Source: Paraspadella gotoi (Eukaryota; Animalia; Chaetognatha). Taken from it: a DNA stretch of 56,579 nt. Position 1 is the first letter of the stretch. Every line of letters begins with the position of its first letter. The translations under genes were made by a program, and so were the position numbers. Below the pieces are notes generated by a model, which saw only the letters and a list, made by a program, of their open reading frames with translations, was not told where the DNA came from and did not search any database. The DNA lies in the NCBI GenBank assembly GCA_051294375.1, contig CM119264.1, positions 29,231,589 through 29,288,167 on the forward strand, given 5' to 3'. Below, in pieces: positions 1-10,823 of this stretch.

Positions 1-723
1 GAAAGAAAAGGAAAAAAGAAAAAAGGAGGTAAGAAGAAAAGAAAAAAGGGAGAAAAAAAGTTAAAAAGAAAAAGGGAGGAAAGAAGAAAAAAAATAAAAA
101 GGAGGGAAGAAGAAAAGGAAAAAAGAAAAAGGGAGGAAAGAAAAAAGGGAAAAAAATGAAAAGCAAAAAAGGGAGAAAAGATAAAAAAAGAAAAAAAAGG
201 AGGGAAAAAGAAAATGAAAAAAAAGGGAAGAAAGAAAAAAGAATAAAAGATGAAAAAAAGAAAAAGGAAAAAGGAAAAAGAGAAGAAAGAAGAAAAGGAA
301 AAAAGAAAAAGGGAGGAAAGAAGAAANNNNNNNNNNNNNNNNNNNNNNNNNNNNNNNNNNNNNNNNNNNNNNNNNNNNNNNNNNNNNNNNNNNNNNNNAA
401 GAAGAAAAAGAAAAAAGAATAAGGGAGGAAAGAAGAAAGGCAAAAAAATAAAAGGAAAGAAAGGAAAGAAAGAAGAAAAGGTAAAAAGAAAAAAGAGAGG
501 AAAAAATAAAAAAAAGAAAAAGGGAGGAAAGAAAAAAAATGAAGGAAAGACGAAAAGAAAAAAAGGGAGGAAAGCAAAATTAAAAAAAGAAAAAAAGGGA
601 GGAGAGAAGAAAGAAAAAAAGGAAGGAAAGAATAAATGGAACAAAGAAAAAAGGGAGGAAAGAATAAAAGGAAAAAAGAAAAAAGAGGAAAGAAAAGGAA
701 CAAAGAAAGAAGGGAGAAAAGAA
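1..723. repeat. A/G-rich low-complexity tract with N gap
   Basis: Almost purely A/G. The Lys/Arg/Glu-rich ORFs here are compositional artefacts. Confidence 0.9.
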
Positions 724-904
724 AAATCGACATCGTCTTTTCCACGCAAAGAAAAAGTTTTGGCCTTATTTTCCGAGACCTCCCCATTTTATCTTAAATT
801 CGTAATTGGATTGATTTATTAGATTAAAGATTAANNNNNNNNNNATTCGTAATTGGATTAATTTTTTAGATTAAAGATTAAGTTTAAGGTTAAGGTTCAA
901 AATT

Positions 905-2295
905 ACGCTGCTCTCATCTTCTTCGGCATCGCGCTGTGATGCCATGGCATTGATGGTGCTGCCTGTTTGTTGATTGCTCTTTGCAAGGAGGTTGCCGGAT
1001 CGGTAGTAGAAGTCAGTTCGGCTGCTTTTGCTGCATCTTATTGAGTAGGAGTTGGCGTCATGTGATCGCAATGCCTGAACGGGGCGGGGGAGGGCATATC
1101 GCCGAGCACTACCTTGAAAATTTGTCTCATCGTTTCGATGCCTTTTCAAAGGTGGCGCGAATCCATGGTCGAGCCTGGGAACGCGGCGATCCTTCCGCCC
1201 ATGCCATTGGTTTTAACATCCCTGGCGGCGCGCTGTCGCGGTTTTTTCTCGAAGAGATTAACTCAACTTTGAAAAAAACTTGATTGTAAAGGGAGAGGCC
1301 GTCGGCGAAAAAAATCCTTGTAAGGAGCAGTGGTAGTTCGAGGGAATCGCCGCAAAAGGACGTGGCTTTGGCGCGCGTCCGGCGTCGTCGACGACAATCG
1401 GCGAACAACAAAAGAAGAATCATCGCGCGCGTGCTAACCCGCAAAAATTACATCTGTTTGCCCCGAGTCAAATGCGGAGTAGTCCTGGTGAGCGAGGGCG
1501 AGGGGGAGGGTGGCGGGGGAATGGTGAACGGAGGGATTGGGTTGTACGTGGTTGGTGGCGGCGCCTTCGGTTTGGTCTATGGAAAGCTGCAGTCTGATTC
1601 CGATGCTGAGATGGGCAGAACCCGTTGTTTCGATCTCCGGAGATTCGGGCGACGATTGGCGCCCGGACGTCATGTTACGGCGTGATTAGAGACGCGGTGG
1701 TCGCCATTGCATTAGTTGTGATGGTAGCTGTCGGCGGCGGCTTGTTGCGCGCACTGTTGTGGGAAAGCCGGCCGTCGCCGCCTTGGAGTTGTTCGACGCC
1801 GGGTCCTCAACACGGACGCGCTTTGAGAAGTAGCTTCGGATACCGCAGGAAACTGACGGGCGGGAGCTGTGCGTCGGTTTGCGGAACGGCGCCTCGAGAG
1901 CGGCGTTGGGGGCGGATGGAGGTTTTTGGCATGGACGTCCCGCGACAGTAGGAATCGTTCCGCATCTCCTGGACGGATCTGACGACGGCGTCATCGACGG
2001 CCTTCTTAAGAGCGAGGTCCATTTCGCCTCCGACGGATTGGTTTTTAAATTGTTTCAAAAAAGCGTTCCGCGAAGAGATCCCTCCCAAGGGTTGCTGTCG
2101 TCACCGCGGAAGTGATAAGGCGGCCGCCGGCCGACTGGAGGTAATTTCTCTGGAGAGCTCTGCGCGGCCGCGATCGGGCTTGGTGGCATAAAGGACTTCC
2201 CGCGGGAGCGTCAATGATCGTTTCTTATCAATTGCTCGTTTTGTTGAAGGTTGCGTTTTTTTTTGGTTTTTGTTTTTCTTTAGTCGGGCTATCAA
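905..2295 (-). other. GC-rich coding-like segment broken by many frameshifts; product unassigned
   Basis: GC content is well above the flanks. There is a chain of overlapping minus-strand ORF fragments (e.g. EMDLALKKAVDDAVVRSVQEMRND), with no recognisable family. Confidence 0.3.
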
Positions 2296-4531
2296 CCAAT
2301 TGAAGAGACTTACTTGGCGAAAATGATTTGGAATTAATGAGACAATTTCACGTATCTTTTGAAGAGAAAATATAGATGATTCGAAAAAATCATCAAACAG
2401 TTAGTAAACAGAGACGACAAAAAAAAGGAAAAACTATTCAGGTGGAGAGAAAACAATAATCAAAAGAGTTCACGTTGTGTGGGTCCAAATAAGTTGGCCC
2501 CACGGAAAGCGGTCAACGTGGTAGAGTTTGAAAAATTGGCGATATTCGCTCATTGTCGTCGTCGTCGTCGTTGTTGTTGTATGTATGTAGTTGTTATGTT
2601 CAATTAGGGCACCTGAGATGCTTAACATGTAAAATTGCGACTATGTCGACGAGAAGGGTTCAAAGTTCGATTCTCCAGCTTTTATATCTTATCGTCGTCA
2701 TCAATTCATCATCCGGCATCGTCATCTTCGTTCTATCAATCATCATCCGTCATCGGTCGTCAGTCATCATCATCGCGTCTCTTCATTTTCTCGTCGATTT
2801 CATTTTCTACGTCATCGCGTTTTACGTCCTATTTATCCGACGCACATAAAATCGTTGTTCGTCGTCGTTAGTCAGTCCGTCGTCCGTCGGTCGTCGTCCC
2901 TCGTTGTCGATTTGCGCTCATACTCTTTGCCTCAATCTTGAGTTGTTTCTGCAAGATTCGCCCCAAACTATGATGTGAGACGCAAAAGCTGCAAATGCAA
3001 AATCTGGTTGAGTCCAAAGATCGTCCAAAACTCACGAAATCGAGAATCTCTGGACCTCGTGAAAGATTACGGGAATCACTCCGATACGAGGCTGAACTGA
3101 GAATAATCCCTTTTGTTAATGCACGCAAATTAATTTTAGTCATTTTCTATAATCGTAAATTAAATATTATAGTATTACAGTATTATTATATATAATTACA
3201 AGAATGAGGCAGAGATGGAAATAAGGCCAATTAATTTTTTGTTTCAAATATGGTGGTTCACGGAAAGTTTGTGTGTTTTCGTCGTCCGGTCTTCTCTTCT
3301 TCAGTCGCATCGTCTATATCGTCCTCGTCGTCGTAAATCATCGTCGTCCATCTTTGTCACCGTCGTCTTCATCATCCTTGTCGTGTTTACTCAATTGTCA
3401 TCATCGTCGTCGTCATCGTCGTCGTCGTCGTCAATCGTCGTCAATCGTTACGTCGCGACATGTCTCGGTAAGGGCGGATCGAGAAAAGGGCGGAAGACGT
3501 CAGGGAAATGCGCGCCCCTTCTAGACCCCCTCCTCGGTCGAAGGCATGATGATGGTTTTTAATGGGAAAGTGAGAAATGGGAGTGTTGAGAGGGGTTTAA
3601 AGGTGAGCAGTGGAGGCGTGGCGAGGACAGAGGGATTAGAAGGAGCATGGTTGAGTTGGGAATAATAAGGGAGATTCAGCAATTGAAGTAGCTTGCGTAA
3701 TATAAAGGTGAAAAAGGGGAAAATTGACACAGAAACTGAGGCTGATTAATATTTGTGAAAAAAAGAGTAGTCATGTTAAAAACTACACTAACCTTAACCC
3801 ATCTTTAATTAAAATTAACTTAATTCCCTGAATTTGAGAATGAAATGAAGATGTTCTGGGAAAATAATGGCAGATTTCCCTTTCATCACGAAGACGATTT
3901 GAAAACATCGCGTCCCTCACTTTAACAATGCGTCTCATTTTTAAATTAAAAAACTTTTGTGATATAGAATCCTTTTCTTTTCGTTGTTTGGGACGAATTA
4001 GAGACAGTTTGAGTTTAGTTTTGAACAACGATTTTAATTTAATTCCAAAACAAGACAGTGTTTCGGCTTCAAACAACTAAACTCATAACTGTCTTAAATA
4101 AAAAACTAAAAATGTTTAGTTCGATGAAAAAAAAAACGGGTTCGCACAAGATTCACCTGTTTTGAACCTCACAAGTTTCACTGACGTCCTGAAAGGGGAG
4201 CTCGACAAAAAAAAATTTCGAACTCACAACCAAAAGAAACGAGAAAAAACAAACAAAAACAAGAAGGAAAATAGAGCCTTCGTTAGCTCGAAAAGGAGCT
4301 TCTTCATTGGATGCGAGGACGGCGCTACGAGTTGCTTTTCTCGGTGCTCGGACAAAAACAATGGAACATCGCGACACGGATAAAGAGGGGGGGGAGGTGG
4401 GAGAAGGTTATAACCCTTATAAAAGTAAATAACCATGAGATTTGTCATGCGAACTTTGATACATCGATATAAAAATTAATCCCATTCATTTTAAAAAAAC
4501 GAGCTATATTGCCTTACTTTGGACATTCTTT

Positions 4532-4857
4532 GATAATGTCTAGCAGGACCCCTGCAAGCTTTGGTAATGTTTTAAGCAAGGACGCCTGCAAGGCTTTGAT
4601 AATGTCAATAGCAGGACCCTGCTAGCTTTGATAATGTGATAGCAGGACCCTGCAAGCTTTGATAAGTGTCAGAGTAGGAGGAGCTGCGTCCAAGCTTTGA
4701 TAATGTCATGAGCGGAACCTGCGAAGCTTGTGATAATGTCATAGCATGGACCTGCAAGCTTGGATAATGTCATAGCAGGAACCCTGCAAGCTTTCAATCA
4801 AGACTCCCTTATACAGTCCTCATTTTAATTCGACTCCAAGAGTACTTGGCTTCTAAC
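4532..4857 (+). repeat. ~8 tandem copies of a ~31-bp unit derived from the 325-bp repeat family, followed by more of that repeat
   Basis: Unit GATAATGTCATAGCAGGACCCTGCAAGCTTT matches 18221-18251 and continues into CAATCAAGACTC as in that element. Confidence 0.85.
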
Positions 4858-5459
4858 AATGTTGTTTAAATAAATCTTAACGATTTTTTTATCTTTAGTT
4901 TATAAAAAAAAAACAGAAGAATAAAAATGGCCGTGGGCGGAAGTGAAAAGGAAAAAGGGTAAGGGTCGGGGTGAGGGTCGAAAAGTGAAAGGATCGAAAG
5001 CTGCTATGACTCGAAGGGAGAAAAAAAAAAAAGGAAAAAAAAAGAAACTTTTTTTTGTGGAAACCGAAGGTGATTAGTTTTTCCGTTTCAAACCGAAAAG
5101 CTCGAAACAGAGCATTTTCTCCTTTTTTTTTTCCCTTTTTTCCTTTTTTCTTCCTTTTTCCTATTTTTACTTTCCTTTTTTCGCCTTTTTTCCCAGTTGT
5201 TTGAACTTAGGAGAGAGAGAGAGAGAGGAAAGAGAAGACCGAGAGAGAAAGAGAGAGAGAGAAAAAGAATGAGAGAAGACGAGTAGAGAGAAGCAGAGAT
5301 GCAAGAGAGAGAAGGATCCAGATGCTTTTTTATTTTTCTCCCCTCTTTCTTTCCTCCATAGACAAACAATGGGGTAATCGATCATTTTAGGGACGAACCA
5401 AATAGAGCGACGAGGGGAAACGCGTGAATGCTTGAATAAATGAAGCATTGAAGCGTAAA

Positions 5460-6335
5460 ACTGGGGAAGAGAAAAAAAAGCAGGAAAAAAAGAAAACAAG
5501 GGTAAAAAATAAAGAGTAAAAAACCCATAAAATAGTAGAAAAATAGAAGATAAGGAGAACAAATGCAAAGAGCGTAGGAAAGGTGAAAATTTATTAAAAC
5601 AATAAGAGGGAGAAGAATGGAACAAAGAAAAAAAAATTGGAGCGAATAAGAAAAGGAAAAAAGAAAAAAGGAAGGTAAGAAGAAATAAAAACGGGAAGTA
5701 AACAAAGATGGAAGAAACGGTAAAAAAAAAGGAAAAAGAGGAAGAAAAAAAGGAAAACGGAGAAGAAGAAAGGAAAGATAAAAAGGCGGAAAAAAGGAAA
5801 AAAGAAAAGAAAAGGTAGGAAAGAATAAAAAAAGAAAAAAGAGAGGAAAAAAAAAAATTAAAATGAAAAATGGGAAGAAAGAAAAGAGAATTAAAAGGGA
5901 GAAAAAATAAGGGAAAAAGAAACAAAAAGAGAAAGAAAAAAGGAAAGGAAAAAAAGGAAGGGGGAAAAAAGAAAATGGGATGAACAAGAAAGAATAAAGC
6001 TAAAAGAAAAAGCAGGAGGATAGAGATGAGGCGAAAAAAAGCAGCAGAAAAGAAGAAAGAAAAAGCAAAAAAGAGAGGAAAGAATATATAAAAGAAAAAG
6101 AAAAGTGAAAGCACAAGATAAACAAATATGAAGGAAAGAACAGAAGGAAAGTAAAAAAGGAGGAAAGCAATTGAAAAATGAAAAAACAGAGACAGGCAGA
6201 GAACAAAAATGAAAAAAGGAAGGAAAGAAATTATAATGGAACAGAAGAAAAAAGCAGCGCAGGAAAGAGATAAAAAGCGAAAAAGAAAAAGACAGGAAAG
6301 AAAACGAACACAAGAAAAAAAGGCGAAAGAAAAAT
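5460..6335. repeat. A/G-rich low-complexity tract
   Basis: Purine-rich tract that gives spurious Phe/Leu/Ser ORFs on the minus strand. Confidence 0.9.
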
Positions 6336-6365
6336 CGACATCGTTCTTTTCTACGCAAAGAAAAA

Positions 6366-6760
6366 AGTTTTGAGCCTATATTCTTCCGCAGACCTCCCCC
6401 ATTTTATCTTAAATTTCGTAATTGCGAGTTAATTTTTTAGATTAAAGATAAGTTTTAGAGTTAAGGTCAAAATTAAGTTTACAAGATTAGGTCTTAGTGA
6501 TTAAACGTTAGGCGATTTGGTTAGTGATTGGGATTAGGGTTAGCGGTTAAGGGTTAGGATTATNNNNNNNNNNNNNNNNNNNNNNNNNTTAGAGGTTAGG
6601 GTTAGTACTTATTAAGATTAAATATTAAAATTAAAGAAGAAAATAATTTTGAATTTCAAACAAAATTATCATTTTTCTTTTATCGCTGAAAAACATAATA
6701 AAAAAAGTCCCAATTCAGGAAAGAACTGAAATAGGGCACTCTCGGTAAAGAGCGCCGAAA
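6366..6760 (+). mobile_element. Non-autonomous Helentron/HINE-like element with degenerate TTAGGG-like core
   Basis: Left end matches 755-900 and the reverse complement of 17680-17730. Core contains GGGTTAG/GGATTAG runs. Right end has the hairpin GGGCACTCTCGGTAAAGAGCGCC. Confidence 0.55.
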
Positions 6761-7158
6761 CTTTTTATTTCTTCTTCGCGTGACTCGATCTAACGTCATT
6801 ACCGCGAATTAAACAAGCCAGTACAATTTTAAAACAAGTGAACAACGCGATGAATAACTCCATCTTTTTTTATAATTTTTTTTCCGATTAATTCTTTTTT
6901 TTTTCTCGTAGTCGATACTGATTCTCTCCGATAAAGTGAGTACGGTGTTTTTATTCAGACTTCACAGGGTTTTTGGATTCAATTGCAAAATTCAGTTTAA
7001 CATTTAACGAATATATACTATATGTTACAAAGCAACAGTAGAACGTCATATGTATTAAAACGACAGTGGGTTAACCAAAAACCAACGTAAAGAAACGTGA
7101 CAGTTGAACGTGACAAAAGAGCGTGCCAAAAGCTGGTGACAAAGCCAGGCGATGATCG

Positions 7159-7207
<49 letters not shown>

Positions 7208-8326
7208 AGGTTTCTTCATCAGATTTCCATCTTCATTAAAATTCTCGTGATTAAATTAAAACTGTTAATCTTTTCCCTTCGTTTTTATCGACAATTTCCT
7301 TCACCGTCGACTCAGTGAATATCACATCCTTTTTCACAATCACAACGACAACCTTCACGATTTTGCAACTTAACTTATCGCCCCTTGCCAACCCAACCAC
7401 CTAAACTACTTTTCTCGACCACCTAAACTACTTTTCCCGACCACCTCTCTCACTATAGTTTTAATAGTTTTTTTTTAATGTTTCTTGTAATAAAACTCAA
7501 CTCAAACTATTAATAATAATATTATACGGCTAGTCATTACCAAAACGGAATAGTGATTTAAATTTACCATTATGCCCAATTTTAGTTATAATTATAATTA
7601 ATTAATTAATTAATTAATTAATTAACATTTATTATTTTAAGTATAATTAAGAGAAAACAAAGTTTTAATTGTTTTATTTTCTCTTAATAATTAAAGCAAA
7701 CAAAAGAAAATCGAAATACAAAGTATAATTACTATGAAATTGGTACAATATAATTGGTATTATATAATTAATTGCTCAATGCTCAAGTATACATAACATA
7801 GGTGAAATTTTTTTAACTTGTAAGGGCGGCACGACAGAAAAAAATTGATGGTGGGAGCCTTCCAATTTTTCTAAACGCCCCTACTTACCCCCCCCCCCTT
7901 CCCCGCCAACCACGCCGCACCGCGCCGCAGCGCCGCAGCGCCCCCTTTCGGAGGAAACCCGAGACGACCCCATAAACGTTGGGTCAAAAACTCTGTTCTT
8001 TCCGGCGCCAATCGGCGACCGGTGGGAGGAAAAGGGACGGACAGGAAGGGGGGTCGTGTGGGCGTGGCTGCCGAACCTTTTCGGGCGTCAAACCCGTGGC
8101 GACGTGGCGTGGGCGGAGGTGGCGTTTTCATCGAATTTTTTTGTGTCCGAGGAGACGCGTTTCCTTTTTGAGTTGGGGGGCGGGGGGGGGAATGGAAGGT
8201 GAGTCAAGGGTCAGAGTGGTGGGTGACTCGGTGAGGCATAGAGTCTGGGTGATGGGGATGCGTCACGGTCTGAGAGTGAGGTAGCGTGGTAGCGATTGAC
8301 CGAGGAAGTTTATCGAAGCAGTTGGG

Positions 8327-8445
8327 TAGCGAGGCAGAGTGTGATAGATTCAATAAGGTAGCGAGGCAGAGTGGGATAGATGAAATAATATAGCGAGGCA
8401 GTATTGGATAGATGAAATAAGATAGCGAGGCAGAGTGGGATAGAT
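8327..8445 (+). repeat. 32-bp minisatellite, ~3.7 copies
   Basis: TAGCGAGGCAGAGTGGGATAGATGAAATAANN repeated. Confidence 0.85.
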
Positions 8446-9064
8446 GTCGTAGGATATTGTTAGCGTGACAGGGTATTCTTACAATATAGATGTTTGCTTT
8501 ACGAAAAACGTTGAGTCCCTACGGAACAAGTGGACGGAAAGTAATAAGCAGGTTAATTGCGTCTTGATTGCGTCATCGTTCTTGCATCCCAAATCGGCCG
8601 TGCGCCAACTGCTCGCAGGTGCCAGCAGGTGCCAGCAGGTGCAGCGGAAAACGAATAAATTTTTTTTAACGAAGGGGAAAAAAAATCAAAAATTTATGAC
8701 TGAAAAAACTTTTTCTTTCTTTCTATAGCAACATTATGAATATTTTATTTTCTTTTAGGAAAAACGAGACAAAAACATCGAAAGCCGAAAGAAAAAAAAA
8801 GAGCAACAGCCTCTAAAAATAGAAAGACTAGAATAAGAAAAGAAAAAACCTCTTTTATTCCAGTACATGCTCGAATGAATATTCCATTCATATTCTCTCT
8901 CTCTCTCTCGGGCGAGAGAGATTGTTCGGAGGCGCGTCCGTAGTGTCGCTGTCACATGGGACGAGGATGCGAGCAGTGATTAGATAGAGCTCGTCCCTGT
9001 GAGCCGTGGCTGATTAGCCAGCGATGTTAAGCTTAAAGCGTCTCTATCTCTCGGCATCCGTCGT

Positions 9065-9096
<32 letters not shown>

Positions 9097-9441
9097 ATCT
9101 CTCTCCTCTTCTCTCTCTCTTCTCCTCTTTCGTTCTATTCTCTGTGATAAGTTTAATAAGTGCGTGAATGAAAAGCGAGCTTGGGAATTCCTGGATATGA
9201 AAACTATACGTACGCTACTGACAACAATCAACTGACGACGACGACGGCACGGGTGAAGTGAGGTGGGTCGAGAAGGGGATGGGGGACTGAGAGAAAGGGG
9301 TGTGGAGGGGGGAGTGCTCGTGAAAAGATTATAATGAATAGATTACGTATCAACTCTAATACGATAGTCATCTGCATTTTCGAACGGAGGAAAGGAAAAG
9401 GGAATGGAATGAGAGAGAGGAGAGAGAGGAGAGAGGAGAGA

Positions 9442-9486
<45 letters not shown>

Positions 9487-9619
9487 AAAATCGAAATTCG
9501 GAGAAGGAGACTAAATTCATTTTTTTTACTAAAAAACTCAATTGAGATTAATAGCTAAATACCTTCCTAAGTGTAGGAAAGAAAGAAAACGCCTTTGCAT
9601 TACTGGGCAGAGAACGAAA

Positions 9620-9845
9620 AGGGGAACACAATGGGGATCAAAATGGGGATCAAATAGGGGAAAGAAATGGGGAACAAAATGTAGATCGAAATGGGGAACA
9701 AAATGACGAAGGAAATGAAGATAAAAATGAGAGTCGTAATTAGGTTCAAAATGGGGAAAAAATCTGGATCAAAATGGGGATCAAATGAGGATAAAAATGA
9801 GGTTCAAAATATAGATAAAAATGGGGATCAGAATGGGGATTCAGA
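9620..9845 (+). repeat. Degenerate ~12-bp minisatellite
   Basis: Repeated AAAATGGGGATC-like units. Confidence 0.75.
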
Positions 9846-10252
9846 TGATAATGAGAGTGAGTAAAGAAAAATAAAGATAAGAAATCTCTTCATAAATATC
9901 TAACATTTAACTATTCACTCTAACTACTATTACTTAAAGATATAAAATGAGGGAGAGAGAGAGAAAAAGAGAGAGAGAAAGATATAAAAAGAGGGAGAGA
10001 GAGAAAGATAGTTAGAGAGAGAGANNNNNNNNNNNNNNNNNNNNNNNNNNNNNNNNNNNNNNNNNNNNNNNNNNNNNNNNNNNNNNNNNNNNNNNNNNNN
10101 NNNNNNNNNNNNNNNNNNNNNNNNNNNNNNNNNNNNNNNNNNNNNNNNNNNNNNNNNNNNNNNNNNNNNNNNNNNNNNNNNNNNNNNNNNNNNNNNNNNN
10201 NNNNNNNNNNNNNNNNNNNNNNNNNNNNNNNNNNNNNNNNNNNNNNNNNNNN

Positions 10253-10285
<33 letters not shown>

Positions 10286-10823
10286 AGGAAATAAATCCTT
10301 AAGCGATAAATCTTATCCTTTCTAAGTAGCGCTGATTCGCAGGCGGAAATATCGAAGGCGCGAGTGTTAATGAAATTCTGCGCCGAGGGAGACAAAGAAT
10401 TGAATAGCCTGAGAGTCTGCGAGCCTGCGAGCGAAGACGATGATAGTGAAGATCAGAAAGCGCTGTTAAATAGTATTAGGAGAAAGGGATATCAGAGAGA
10501 CGTGGGGAATTATAAAGCAAGCAACAATAGAACGAATATCGGTCCTATAGAAATTAGAAATATTAAGGGAATATGTATGTCAAGTTTATAGATTATAAAA
10601 TAACTGAAGTTAAATAACATTCTCGAGTGTGCAGGATTTCGTTTAGCCGATTATTATTTTGCTTCTCAGTTATATCCACTCAAATCTCAATAAATAATAA
10701 TACGCGATAATTTTATCGAAATGAATGAATTTTGAGAAAAAAACTAAACTTTTCTATGAAATTGGTACAACGAATATAAAAATTATTCTTTATTCTTAAT
10801 TATAATAAACAATCAATTCAGTT

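Noticed and set aside
156-822. Lys/Arg/Glu-rich ORFs
   Set aside because: Translation of A/G low-complexity DNA and N gaps.
400-905. Near copy of ~5950-6475 as a real segmental duplication
   Set aside because: Flanked by gaps and differing by noise-like indels; an assembly or gap-filling artefact cannot be excluded.
905-2200. Faint resemblances to Kv T1 (YLQSAGGRL) and Prospero (DQTE, PNPS) motifs
   Set aside because: The matches are short, in different frames and not sustained, so no assignment was made.
4532-4794. CRISPR-like array of ~31-bp repeats
   Set aside because: No spacers, eukaryotic context, and the unit derives from a dispersed repeat. The same applies to 8327-8445 and 51983-52133.
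5167-6358. Long Phe/Leu/Ser-rich membrane-like ORFs
   Set aside because: Reverse complement of the purine-rich tract.
6480-6610. True telomere or chromosome fusion site
   Set aside because: The repeats are degenerate and sit inside a dispersed element with conserved ends.
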